Positions 1 to 9,503 are shown, counted from the first letter of the stretch. The stretch is 64,000 nt of DNA from Vicinamibacteria bacterium (GCA_963668695.2 CAXXLQ010000001.1:69807-133806), one strand, 5' to 3'. Notes: generated by a model from the sequence alone, not told the origin. Made by a program: numbers and translations.

Positions 1-1652
1 TCTGGGGGATCAACTTCCGCCGCATCGTGCGCTGGAAGAACGAGCTTTCCTTCCTCACCCGGGTCCCCGCGGCCCTCGGACCCCGTGCCATCACCAAGAT
101 CAGTTCGGCGGGAACGCTCGTCGGCCTGGAGGCGCCCACCAGTTCCCGGACCGTCGAGGTGAAGCCCTACCTCATCGGGGACGCCGCCGGAATCCGCGCC
201 GACGCCAGCGGGCTGGAACGGGACTACGGCGGCGACTTCGGGGTGGACGCCAAGGTCGGGATCACCAGCGGCCTCATCGCCGACCTCACCTGGAACACCG
301 ACTTCGCCCAGGTGGAGGCCGATGCCCAGCAGATCAACCTTACCCGCTTCAGCCTCTTCTTTCCCGAGAAGCGGGAGTTCTTCCTCGAAGGGCAGGGGAC
401 CTTCAGCTTCGGCACTTCGAGCCGCAGCCCTCCCGCGGGATCGACGCGCAGCTTCGGCCCGCCCAGCAGCACCCCGGTGCTCTTCTTCAGCCGCCAGATC
501 GGGATCGCCGGCGGTCAGGTGGTGCCCGTCCTCGGCGGGGGACGGGTGACCGGCAAGCTCGGCGACTTCGGGGTCGGGGCGCTCGCCATCCGCACCGGAG
601 GGAACAACGCTGCGGGTGCCCCGGAGACCGACTTCTCGGTCCTGCGGCTGAAGCGGGACATCCTGAACCGCAGCACCGTGGGCGTCATGGGCACCTACCG
701 CTCCCACACCGCCAGCGGGCTGGGACGGAACTTCGCCTATGGGATGGACGCCCGCTTCGGGTTCTTCGAAAACCTCACCATCCAGTCCTACGCCGCCTGG
801 ACCCAGAACGAACTCGAGGACGGGACCGGGATGAGCTACCTGGGTCAGCTCGAATACAACGGCGACCGGTACGGGCTGAAGACGGAACGGCTCGTGGTCG
901 GAGACGGCTTCGATCCCGGCATCGGGTTCCTGCGCCGCCGGGATTTCCAGCGCAACTACGCCGAGGCGCGCTTCAGCCCCCGGCCGCATTCGATCTCCTG
1001 GCTGCGCCAGATCGGCTGGACCGGCAGTATCGACTACACCACCGACAACGAGGCGGTCCTCGAGACCCGGATCCTCCAACTTCGAACGGAGGTCGAACTC
1101 GAAAACGGGGACCGGCTGAACGTGGACGCCGCCCGGAACCACGAGGTTCTCAGCGAAGAGTTCGTCCTGGACGCTGACGAAGGGATCGGCGTGGGGGTGG
1201 GTCCTTACGACTTCGACCACCTCAGGGTCGCCTACCAGGCGGGGCCGCAGCGTCCCATCTCGGGCAACTTCGCCTACCAGCAGGGGGGCTTCTTCTCCGG
1301 GACGCGCCGCGAGGCAGTGTGGCGCGGACGGGTCGAGGTGACGACGCGCTTCTCCCTCGAGCCCACCCTTTCGATGAACTGGATTGACCTCCCGACCGGC
1401 GAGTACGACACCAACCTGATCGCGTCCCGGATCAACTACACGCTCTCGCCGCGCAGCTTTCTCGCAGCGTTCCTCCAGTACAACACCGCCGCGAACAACC
1501 TCTCGACGAACGTCCGCTTCCGTTGGGAGTACGAACCGGGCAGCGACCTCTACGTCGCCTACAACTCGCTGCGGGACACCCTGGCGCCGGGCTACCCCGA
1601 ACTGAACACCCAGTCGTTCATCGTCAAGTTCACGCGTCTCTTCCGGTTCTGA
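1..1652 (+). CDS. CBM9-like/DUF5916-type outer-membrane protein, paralog 1 (5' part outside window)
   Basis: The frame is open from the window edge (in phase with nt 3; track ORF 27..1652). It aligns position-for-position with the C-terminal ~540 aa of the ORFs ending at 4012 and 6651. It ends KFTRLFRF (terminal Phe, beta-barrel OMP-like signal). Confidence 0.8.
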   Translation, partial: WGINFRRIVRWKNELSFLTRVPAALGPRAITKISSAGTLVGLEAPTSSRTVEVKPYLIGDAAGIRADASGLERDYGGDFGVDAKVGITSGLIADLTWNTDFAQVEADAQQINLTRFSLFFPEKREFFLEGQGTFSFGTSSRSPPAGSTRSFGPPSSTPVLFFSRQIGIAGGQVVPVLGGGRVTGKLGDFGVGALAIRTGGNNAAGAPETDFSVLRLKRDILNRSTVGVMGTYRSHTASGLGRNFAYGMDARFGFFENLTIQSYAAWTQNELEDGTGMSYLGQLEYNGDRYGLKTERLVVGDGFDPGIGFLRRRDFQRNYAEARFSPRPHSISWLRQIGWTGSIDYTTDNEAVLETRILQLRTEVELENGDRLNVDAARNHEVLSEEFVLDADEGIGVGVGPYDFDHLRVAYQAGPQRPISGNFAYQQGGFFSGTRREAVWRGRVEVTTRFSLEPTLSMNWIDLPTGEYDTNLIASRINYTLSPRSFLAAFLQYNTAANNLSTNVRFRWEYEPGSDLYVAYNSLRDTLAPGYPELNTQSFIVKFTRLFRF

Positions 1653-1681
1653 CAAGCTGTCACTCGCCCGAGTTCTTTCTC

Positions 1682-4012
1682 TTGTTCCGCCCCGCATTCC
1701 GCTCTGTCCTCGCCGGCGCGGCCCTGATCGTTCCGGCCGTCGGTTGGACGCAGTCCGAGGAACTCGCTGACCGGCAGGACGCCCAGGGGTCGGAGCCGGC
1801 GCCCGCCTCCGTGGTGCGCGGCCCCGCGCCGCCCGACCTCCCCGAAATGGTCCGGCGCGACGAGGCCGGCGGCGCCACCATGCGCGCCACCCGCCTCGAG
1901 GGGCCCTTCGATCTCGACGGCCGTCTCGACGACGCCATCTACGACCGCGTGCCCGGCGTGGGCGGGTTCATCCAGGCCGTGCCCCTCGAAGGCGAGCCGG
2001 CGAGCGAGGCGACGGAAGTCTGGGTCTTCTACGACGACGACACCCTCTACGTCGCCGGCCGCTGCTGGGACAGCCAGCCGGACCGGATGGTGGCGAACGA
2101 GATGCGCCGGGACCACTTCGGCATCCACAACAACGAGAACCTGGCGGTCATCCTGGACACCTTCTACGACCGCCGGAACGCGTTCTTCTTCTACCTGAAT
2201 CCGATCGGCGGGTTCTTCGACGGCCTCATCACGAACGAGTTGAACGTGAACCGCGACTGGACCGCGGTCTGGGACTCGCGGGCGGCCCGGTTCGAAAACG
2301 GCTGGACGATGGAGATGGCGATCCCGTTCAAGACCCTGCGCTACGCCGGCGGCGGTCCCCAAGTCTGGGGGATCAACTTCCGCCGCATCGTGCGCTGGAA
2401 GAACGAGATGTCCTATCTGACCGGGGTTCCCGCCGCCCTCGGGCCCCGGGCGATCACCAAGATCAGCTCGGCGGGAACCCTGGTGGGGGTCGAAGCGCCG
2501 GCCAGTTCCCGTACTGTGGAAGTCAAGCCGTACCTTATCGGTGACGGCGCCGGTTCCCGCACCGGCAGCGGCTCGCTCGAAAGGGAGTACGGCGGCGACT
2601 ACGGGGTGGATGCCAAGGTCGGGATCACCAGCGGGCTCACCGCCGACCTCACCTGGAACACCGATTTCGCCCAGGTGGAGGCGGATGCCCAGCAAATCAA
2701 CCTCACCCGTTTCAGCCTCTTCTTCCCCGAAAAGCGGGAGTTCTTTCTGGAGGGGCAGGGGATCTTCAGCTTCGGCACCGCGTCGCGGGCGCCGCCGTCC
2801 GGATCCACGCGCTTCGGCCAGCCAAGCAGCACTCCGGTGCTCTTCTTCAGCCGTCAGGTCGGGATTGCCGGCGGCCAAGCAGTGCCGATCCTGGGTGGCG
2901 GGCGGGTGACCGGAAAGCTCGGCGACTACAGCGTCGGAGCGCTCGCGATCCGCAGCGGCGCGAGCAGCGTCGCGGGCGCCCCGGAGACCGATTTCTCGGT
3001 CCTGCGGCTGACGCGCGACATCCTGAACCGCAGCACGGTGGGCGTGATCGGGACCTACCGCTCAAACACCGCCAGCGGGCTGGGGCGGAACCTTGCCTGG
3101 GGGATGGACGCCCGGTTCGGATTCTTTGAGAATCTCGACATCCAGACCTACGCCGCCTGGACACAGAACGAACTCGAAGACAAGACCGGAATCAGCTATC
3201 TGGGCCAGCTCGACTACAACGGTGACCGGTACGGGCTCAAGGCCGAACGGCTCGCGGTCGGGGACGGATTCGATCCCGGGATCGGGTTCCTGCGCCGCCG
3301 GGACTTCCGGCGCAACTACGCCGAGGCCCGCTTCAGCCCCCGGCCGCACTCGATCTCCTGGCTCCGCAAGATCGGCTGGACCGGCAGCATCGACTACACC
3401 ACCGATAACGTAGGGAATCTCGAGACCCGGATCTTCTCGTTGCGCACCAACGTCGAACTCGAAAACGGGGACCGGTTGAATCTGAACGCCGCCCGGAACC
3501 GGGAGGTCCTGAGCGAAGAGTTCCTGCTGGATGCGGACGAAGGGATCGGCGTGGGGGTGGGCGCCTACGACTTCGACCACGTCCGCGTCAGCTACCAGGC
3601 GGGGCCGCAGCGCCGGATCTCGGGGAACTTCGCCTATCAGCAGGGGGGCTTCTTCTCCGGGACCCGCCGGGAGGCGGCGTGGCGCGGACGCGTGGAACTC
3701 ACGACGCGCTTCTCCCTCGAGCCCGCCGTTTCGCTGAACCGGATCGCGCTCCCGACGGGCGACTACAACACCGGCCTGCTCGCGTCCCGGATCAACTACA
3801 CGCTCTCGCCCCGCAGCTTCCTCGCGGCTTATTTCCAGTACAACACCGCCGCGAACAGCCTCTCGACGAACATCCGTTTCCGCTGGGAGTACGAGCCGGG
3901 GAGCGACTTCTTCGTCGTCTACAACTCGCTGCGGGACACGCTCGTGCCCGGGTATCCCGAGTTGAACACGCAGTCACTCATCGCCAAGTTCACGCGGCTC
4001 TTCCGGTTCTGA
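1682..4012 (+). CDS. CBM9-like/DUF5916-type outer-membrane protein, paralog 2
   Basis: Track ORF 1523..4012. Start set at the in-frame TTG 1682, which lies after the paralog 1 stop. There, LFRPAFRSVLAGAALIVPAVGW aligns with MARYAFRLLLAGTALIVPASGW of paralog 3, which also starts with TTG. Has a signal-peptide-like N-terminus, an N-domain motif WVFYDDDTLYVAGRCWD, a long beta-rich remainder and a C-terminal FRF. Family name is from memory of the motif pattern. Confidence 0.8.
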   Translation: MFRPAFRSVLAGAALIVPAVGWTQSEELADRQDAQGSEPAPASVVRGPAPPDLPEMVRRDEAGGATMRATRLEGPFDLDGRLDDAIYDRVPGVGGFIQAVPLEGEPASEATEVWVFYDDDTLYVAGRCWDSQPDRMVANEMRRDHFGIHNNENLAVILDTFYDRRNAFFFYLNPIGGFFDGLITNELNVNRDWTAVWDSRAARFENGWTMEMAIPFKTLRYAGGGPQVWGINFRRIVRWKNEMSYLTGVPAALGPRAITKISSAGTLVGVEAPASSRTVEVKPYLIGDGAGSRTGSGSLEREYGGDYGVDAKVGITSGLTADLTWNTDFAQVEADAQQINLTRFSLFFPEKREFFLEGQGIFSFGTASRAPPSGSTRFGQPSSTPVLFFSRQVGIAGGQAVPILGGGRVTGKLGDYSVGALAIRSGASSVAGAPETDFSVLRLTRDILNRSTVGVIGTYRSNTASGLGRNLAWGMDARFGFFENLDIQTYAAWTQNELEDKTGISYLGQLDYNGDRYGLKAERLAVGDGFDPGIGFLRRRDFRRNYAEARFSPRPHSISWLRKIGWTGSIDYTTDNVGNLETRIFSLRTNVELENGDRLNLNAARNREVLSEEFLLDADEGIGVGVGAYDFDHVRVSYQAGPQRRISGNFAYQQGGFFSGTRREAAWRGRVELTTRFSLEPAVSLNRIALPTGDYNTGLLASRINYTLSPRSFLAAYFQYNTAANSLSTNIRFRWEYEPGSDFFVVYNSLRDTLVPGYPELNTQSLIAKFTRLFRF

Positions 4013-4323
4013 AGGGCGCCGCGAAACCGCGCGTCGCCGGTGGAGAGAAAGCGCGGGGACGGCCGGGAACGCCGGTCTTCAGACCGGCACAGCGGCCCCG
4101 AGGGCCGCGGCGGTGAGGAAGCCAACCGTTGAAGTGGTTCCCGTCTCGGCACGTACCCCCAACAGTTAAGACGACCTGGCAAGACGGCCTGGCAGGCACG
4201 GGAGCCCCCACCGGGAGGACTGGGCCGACCTCCGGCCGGTTCTCCCGGTGCTCACGCCACTTTGTCCACAGGCCGCTGACGCGGATCCCGGCGTAGAGTT
4301 CCGCGACCTTCCGATTTCCCGTC

Positions 4324-6651
4324 TTGGCCCGCTACGCGTTCCGTCTTCTCCTCGCCGGCACTGCTCTGATCGTTCCGGCCTCGGGGTGGGGGCAGTCTGG
4401 AGAACTCGCGGAACGCCCGGACGGTCAGGGCTCGGCGCCGGAGCCGGCCTTCGTGGTGCGGGGTCCCGCGCCTCCCGACCTGCCCGAGATGGTGCGCCGC
4501 GACGACGCCGGCGGCGCCACCATGCGCGCCACCCGCCTGACGGAACCGCTCGAATTCGACGGCCGCCTCGACGATGCCATCTACGAACGCGTTCCGGGCG
4601 TCAGCGGCTTTATCCAGGCGCTCCCCCTTGAAGGCGAACCCGCCACCGAAGACACCGAGGTGTGGGTGTTTTTCGACGACGAAGCCGTTTACGTGGCCGG
4701 GAGGAACTGGGACAGCCAACCTGACCGGATGGTGGCCACCGAGATGCGGCGCGACAACTTCGGCATCTTCAACAACGAAAACCTCGCGGTCATTCTCGAC
4801 ACCTTCTACGATCGCCGGAACGCCTTCTTCTTCTACATGAATCCCATCGGGGGCTTCTTCGACGGCCTCATCGTGGACGAGCGGAGCGTGAACCGCGACT
4901 GGACCGCGGTCTGGGACTCGCGGGCGGCCCGGTTCGAAAACGGCTGGACGATGGAGATGCGAATCCCTTTCAAGACCCTGCGCTACGTCCGGGGCGGCCC
5001 GCAGGTCTGGGGCATCAACTTCCGCCGGGTGGTTCGCTGGAAGAACGAAATGTCGTACCTGACGCAGGTCCCGGCGGCGCTCGGGCCGCGCGGCATCACC
5101 AAGATCAGCTCGGCGGGCACCCTGGTGGGACTCGAAGCGCCGGCGAGCTCCCGGACGATTGAGGTGAAGCCGTACCTCATTGGGGACGCCGCCGGCGCCC
5201 GGATCGAGAGCGGCGCCCTCGACCGGGATTTCGGGGGCGATTTCGGGTTGGACGCGAAGGTCGGCATCACCAGCGGGCTCACCGCGGATCTGACCTACAA
5301 CACCGACTTCGCCCAGGTCGAAGCCGACGCCCAGCAGATCAACCTCACCCGGTTCAGCCTTTTCTTCCCCGAAAAACGCGAGTTCTTCCTCGAAGGGCAG
5401 GGAATCTTCGATTTCGGCACCTCAAGCCGCGGTGCGCCGCCGGGGTCGACGCGCAGCTTCGGGCCGCCGAGCAGCACGCCGGTGCTGTTCTTCAGCCGCC
5501 GGATCGGCATCGAGGCCGGGCAGGCGGTGCCCATCACGGGCGGCGCCCGGGTCACCGGGAAGCTCGGCGACTACAACGTGGGGGCGATTGCCATCCGCAG
5601 CGGCGAGAGCACCGCCGCCGGGTCTCCGGAAACTGATTTTTCGGTGTTCCGGTTGAAGCGGGACATCCTGAACCGCAGCACGGTCGGCGTGATGGGGACG
5701 TACCGCTCGCACACCGCGAGTGGCCTGGGACAGAACTTCGCCTACGGGATGGATGCCGGGTTTGGCTTCTTCGAACATCTGGACATCCGCAGCTACGCGG
5801 CCTGGACGCAGAACGAACTCGAGGACGAGACCGGGCTGAGCTATCTCGGCCAGGTGGACTACAACGGCGACCGCTACGGGCTCCAGGCCGAGCGCCTGGT
5901 GGTCGGGGACGAATTCGATCCGGGGATCGGGTTCATACGCCGCCTGGACTTCCAGCGGAACTACGCCGAGGCCCGGTTCAGTCCCCGGCCGCATTCGATC
6001 TCCTGGCTCCGCAAGGTGGGCTGGACCGGCAGCGTGGACTACACGACGGATAACGAGGGGGTGCTCGAGACCCGGATTTTCGGCTTCCGCTACGACATGG
6101 AGTTCGAGAACGGGGACAACTTCAACCTGAATGCGACGCGGAACCGCGAGGTGCTGAGCGAATCGTTTTCCCTGAGCGACGACCTCGGCGTGGCGCCCGG
6201 GACCTACGACTTCGACTACGTGCGGCTCAGCTACCAGGCCGGCCCGCAGCGCCCCATCTCGGGCAACTTCGCCTACCAGCAGGGCGGATTCTTTTCCGGG
6301 ACCCGCCGGGAGGCTGCCTGGCGCGGCCGGGTCGAAGTCATGCCTCGCGTGACGGTCGAGCCCTTGGTTTCCCTGAACTGGATCTCACTTCCCGAGGGGA
6401 ACTACGACACCAACCTGCTCGCGTCCCGGATCAACTACACCCTCTCTCCCCGGAGCTTCCTCGCGGCGTTCCTCCAGTACAACACCGCCGCGAACAGCCT
6501 TTCGACGAACGTTCGCTTCCGCTGGGAATACGAGCCGGGGAGTGACCTCTACGTCGTCTACAACTCGCTCCGCGACACCCTGGCGCCCGGCTACCCGGAA
6601 CTGAACGCCCAGTCGTTCATCGTCAAGTTCACCCGGCTATTCCGGTTCTGA
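4324..6651 (+). CDS. CBM9-like/DUF5916-type outer-membrane protein, paralog 3
   Basis: 775-aa ORF with the same architecture as paralog 2; most residues are identical by eye. Signal peptide MARYAFRLLLAGTALIVPASGWGQ; ends KFTRLFRF. Confidence 0.85.
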   Translation: MARYAFRLLLAGTALIVPASGWGQSGELAERPDGQGSAPEPAFVVRGPAPPDLPEMVRRDDAGGATMRATRLTEPLEFDGRLDDAIYERVPGVSGFIQALPLEGEPATEDTEVWVFFDDEAVYVAGRNWDSQPDRMVATEMRRDNFGIFNNENLAVILDTFYDRRNAFFFYMNPIGGFFDGLIVDERSVNRDWTAVWDSRAARFENGWTMEMRIPFKTLRYVRGGPQVWGINFRRVVRWKNEMSYLTQVPAALGPRGITKISSAGTLVGLEAPASSRTIEVKPYLIGDAAGARIESGALDRDFGGDFGLDAKVGITSGLTADLTYNTDFAQVEADAQQINLTRFSLFFPEKREFFLEGQGIFDFGTSSRGAPPGSTRSFGPPSSTPVLFFSRRIGIEAGQAVPITGGARVTGKLGDYNVGAIAIRSGESTAAGSPETDFSVFRLKRDILNRSTVGVMGTYRSHTASGLGQNFAYGMDAGFGFFEHLDIRSYAAWTQNELEDETGLSYLGQVDYNGDRYGLQAERLVVGDEFDPGIGFIRRLDFQRNYAEARFSPRPHSISWLRKVGWTGSVDYTTDNEGVLETRIFGFRYDMEFENGDNFNLNATRNREVLSESFSLSDDLGVAPGTYDFDYVRLSYQAGPQRPISGNFAYQQGGFFSGTRREAAWRGRVEVMPRVTVEPLVSLNWISLPEGNYDTNLLASRINYTLSPRSFLAAFLQYNTAANSLSTNVRFRWEYEPGSDLYVVYNSLRDTLAPGYPELNAQSFIVKFTRLFRF

Positions 6652-6686
6652 CGCGGCTGGTCCGGTTCTGACGCGGCTGGCGCGGA

Positions 6687-7100
6687 TCAGGCGCCCGCGA
6701 ACGGATTGACCACCCGGACGCCGTCGTAGTCCTGTCCGGGGTTCAGGTCCTCGGTGTACACCGTCCGGCACCCGGCAGCGCGCGCCGCTGCGAGGATGGC
6801 GGCATCCCAGTAGGCAACGCGAAACCGTTCCGTGAGATCGAGGGCGTCATGGATCACTCCCAGGGTGAGCGGCTGCACCGGGAAACGTTCGAGGCTTCGG
6901 ACGAAGGCCACGGCTTCCTCGTGGCTGAGGTTCCACGGCCTCGTCGGGCGCGTTGCCTGCCAATAGAACTCCTGAAACACCTGGACCGAAAAGGCGAGAT
7001 CGGTTGCATCGAGAAGCTCCAGCGCGCGCCTTTTCTTTCCCGTTTCTTCAGCGACGGGGCTGATTGCGTAGAGCAGAATGTTCGTGTCAACGAAGCGCAT
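6687..7100 (-). CDS. vapC: PIN-domain toxin (VapC family)
   Basis: 137 aa. N-terminus MRFVDTNILLYA carries the conserved PIN Asp, with further acidic residues downstream (YWDAAIL, YTEDL). Overlaps the upstream small RHH gene by 14 nt, the typical vapBC layout. Confidence 0.85.
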   Translation of the reverse strand: MRFVDTNILLYAISPVAEETGKKRRALELLDATDLAFSVQVFQEFYWQATRPTRPWNLSHEEAVAFVRSLERFPVQPLTLGVIHDALDLTERFRVAYWDAAILAAARAAGCRTVYTEDLNPGQDYDGVRVVNPFAGA

Positions 7101-7389
7101 CGCGCCTCAGGTGTTCTTTGTGCTCCCGACGAAGGGCGTCTCGGTCGTAGAGGGCTTCCCGAGGGAGCCTGTCGGCGGGCTTCAGCCCGCCACCGCGCGC
7201 GCGTATGGCCTCCAGCACTTCGTCCTGAAGCCGCCGCAAACGCTGGAAGCGCTCCTCGGAAGTCCGTGATTGGGCAATGATCTTCAAACACTCCCGCGTC
7301 AGAGCGGAGACCGAGGTTCCCGCCTCTGCCGCCCGGATGCGCGCCATCCGGTGGGTCTCCTCGTCCACGGATACAGTGATGTTCCTCAT
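7087..7389 (-). CDS. vapB: Ribbon-helix-helix antitoxin (VapB/CopG-like)
   Basis: Track ORF 7087..7395. MRNITVSVDEETHRMARIRAAEAGTSVSALTRECL is a typical RHH N-terminus. Start is either ATG 7389 or GTG 7395. Confidence 0.8.
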   Translation of the reverse strand: MRNITVSVDEETHRMARIRAAEAGTSVSALTRECLKIIAQSRTSEERFQRLRRLQDEVLEAIRARGGGLKPADRLPREALYDRDALRREHKEHLRRDALR

Positions 7390-7392
7390 GGG

Positions 7393-7424
7393 CACAGTCT
7401 AACAGTTTCACAGTCTCACAGTCC
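7393..7424 (-). promoter_or_regulatory. Four exact-period 8-bp direct repeats abutting the vapB start; candidate antitoxin operator
   Basis: The plus strand reads cacagtct aacagttt cacagtct cacagtcc. This is AGACTGTG-type units on the coding strand, directly 5' of the ATG at 7389. The functional assignment is inference. Confidence 0.35.
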
Positions 7425-7471
7425 CCACCAGGATCCGGTGCGGGAGGGGGCGCGGCCGCGCGGCCGGCGGT

Positions 7472-8029
7472 TTACCAGACGGAAACGTCCACCCGCGTAT
7501 CTCCGTCCCGGACCTCGATTTCGGTACCGCGCAGCACCGGGATCAGCGAGCGCGCAATCCGGCCAGGGCTGCAACGGAACGAGGTCTCTCGTTCCTCGCA
7601 GGCGTCGTGAACCGCCTCGGAAAGCGCGCGGAGCGGCGTCCTGACGAAGATGCGGACGCCGTCACCTTCCCGCACCCGGATCACGAGGTCTCCGCCCTCC
7701 TTGGCGATGAACACCTCGTTGTCCGGCTCGGTGACTCTCACGAGCACGGCGTCCTCGGCCTCCTCGAGGGCTCCAAGGAACCCACCGAGGGCGGAGAGCG
7801 CCGGACCGCCGAACTCGTCCATTTCTTCGTGCATCGCATCGTCCATCAGGTGGTCCGGCACGAAATGGAGCGCGGCGAGCGGGAGCATCAGCGGCACCGG
7901 CACCACGAAGTTCGGCCCTCCCTCGGCGACTACCGACACGACAGCGACGCCGCAGGCGGAAATGCAGGCGCCGAACAGCAGCGCGGAGATCAGCGCCGCC
8001 GCCAGCAGGATCCCAAGCAGTCGGAACAT
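7472..8029 (-). CDS. Hypothetical membrane-anchored protein (paralog of 8036..8608)
   Basis: 185-aa ORF with a hydrophobic N-terminus MFRLLGILLAAALISALLFGA. Has acidic segments and a C-terminal ...EVRDGDTRVDVSVW resembling the ...DGDDGKVRVWIEPR end of its neighbour. Confidence 0.6.
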   Translation of the reverse strand: MFRLLGILLAAALISALLFGACISACGVAVVSVVAEGGPNFVVPVPLMLPLAALHFVPDHLMDDAMHEEMDEFGGPALSALGGFLGALEEAEDAVLVRVTEPDNEVFIAKEGGDLVIRVREGDGVRIFVRTPLRALSEAVHDACEERETSFRCSPGRIARSLIPVLRGTEIEVRDGDTRVDVSVW

Positions 8030-8035
8030 GGCCGG

Positions 8036-8608
8036 TTACCGGGGTTCGATCCAGACGCGGACCTTGCCGTCGTCGCCGTCCACGGAGATGAGGACATCCT
8101 CATGGTTCGCGAGACTGCGGATCGCCGCTCCGAGGTCGGGTTTCTCCCCGCCTTCGCCAAAGAGCGCGTCTCCGAACGCGACCGGAAAGCGGATGTCGAG
8201 GGATCCATCGTCGCCCGAGCCCTCGATCCGGATTTCCTTGCCGTCCATCCGCGCGCGCAGGTTGCTCCCGTCCTCTTCATCGATGCTCACCCAGGCCCCC
8301 GGGTTCTCCCGAAGCGAGTTCCAAAACGCCCGGAGGTCTTCCGGGGCGATGTCGTTCCCCGCTTCGTGTTCCCACTCCTCGGCCATCTCATTGAGGAGGT
8401 GTTCGCCGAGGGAACCGCCCAGGGCCTCGATGGCGGCGAGCGGCAGGTTCACCTCGACCTTGGTGCCGTCGTCATCGCCCTCCACCTGGACGTGAAGCCA
8501 GGGTTTCTCCTGCCCCAGCGCGGGCAAAGCGGCAAGGGTGAGGATCAGCGCCAGCGGGATCGCCGCGGCGGCACGGGAAAGGGGTGGGATGTCTCGCAGT
8601 CTCATCAT
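8036..8608 (-). CDS. Hypothetical exported protein (paralog of 7472..8029)
   Basis: Track ORF 8036..8806, trimmed to the internal ATG at 8608. That start gives a signal-like N-terminus, MMRLRDIPPLSRAAAAIPLALILTLAALPALGQE. The upstream part overlaps the divergent CitE-like gene region. Confidence 0.6.
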   Translation of the reverse strand: MMRLRDIPPLSRAAAAIPLALILTLAALPALGQEKPWLHVQVEGDDDGTKVEVNLPLAAIEALGGSLGEHLLNEMAEEWEHEAGNDIAPEDLRAFWNSLRENPGAWVSIDEEDGSNLRARMDGKEIRIEGSGDDGSLDIRFPVAFGDALFGEGGEKPDLGAAIRSLANHEDVLISVDGDDGKVRVWIEPR

Positions 8609-8671
8609 GTCCACCCAAACGAAGACGACGGGCCATCGGTTCCTGCCAAAGAGGATGGAATACTCGCGATC

Positions 8672-9502
8672 ATGACGCCCGCGAACCCGCGCCGCCGCTC
8701 GCTCCTCTACGTCCCCGGTTCCAGCGAGCGGATGATCGCGAAGGCCGCCACCCGCGGCGCCGACATTCTCATACTCGACCTCGAGGACGGCGTCCACCTG
8801 TCCCAAAAGGACGCGGCGCGTGAGCGGCTCCGGGAGTCACGGGCCGCGGCGGCGGCCGCCGGCGCGCTGGTCGCTCTCCGGATCAACCCCCCGGCCGGCG
8901 CCTTCGGACCCGCCGATCTCGAAGCCGCCGCGGACGTCGGCTTCGACGCCGTGCTCCTCCCCAAAGCGGAGACGGCCGAAGCCGCCTCCGAAGCGCGCCG
9001 AGTTCTCGGAGAAGCGGTGCCGCTCTGGCTCATGATCGAGACTGCCATCGGCGCCGCGGCGGTTTTCGAACTCGCCCGGCTACCCGGGGTGGATGGACTG
9101 GTGTTCGGGTCGGCCGACTACCGGCTGAGCATGGGGGCCCGCATGCGGCACGATGAATCGGAACTCGATTTCGTCCGTCAGCGGATCCTGCTCGCCGCCC
9201 GGGCCGCAGGGGTCTGCGCTTGGGACGCTCCCTGGTTCGCCTTCCGCGACCTCGACGGGTTGTACCGGAGCGCTCGGCGCGCCGCGGAGTCAGGGTTCGA
9301 CGGCAAATCCGCGGTCCACCCGCAACAAATCCCCGTTATCCACCAGGCCTTCGAGCCCACCCCGGCGGAGCGCGCCTGGGCGGAACGGGTCGTTCGGACC
9401 ATGGAGGAAGCGGGAGCCCGCGGCGTCGCGGTCGTCGACCTCGACGGCGAACTGCTCGAGGAGCTCCACCTCCGCCAGGCGAGGCGCCTCCTCGCGCGGT
9501 AG
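8672..9502 (+). CDS. HpcH/HpaI aldolase / citrate lyase beta (CitE)-like lyase
   Basis: Track ORF 7607..9502, trimmed to ATG 8672. N-terminus MTPANPRRRSLLYVPGSSERMIAKAATRGADILILDLEDG and a later FDGKSAVHPQQI are CitE-like motifs. Confidence 0.8.
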   Translation: MTPANPRRRSLLYVPGSSERMIAKAATRGADILILDLEDGVHLSQKDAARERLRESRAAAAAAGALVALRINPPAGAFGPADLEAAADVGFDAVLLPKAETAEAASEARRVLGEAVPLWLMIETAIGAAAVFELARLPGVDGLVFGSADYRLSMGARMRHDESELDFVRQRILLAARAAGVCAWDAPWFAFRDLDGLYRSARRAAESGFDGKSAVHPQQIPVIHQAFEPTPAERAWAERVVRTMEEAGARGVAVVDLDGELLEELHLRQARRLLAR

Positions 9503-9503
9503 T

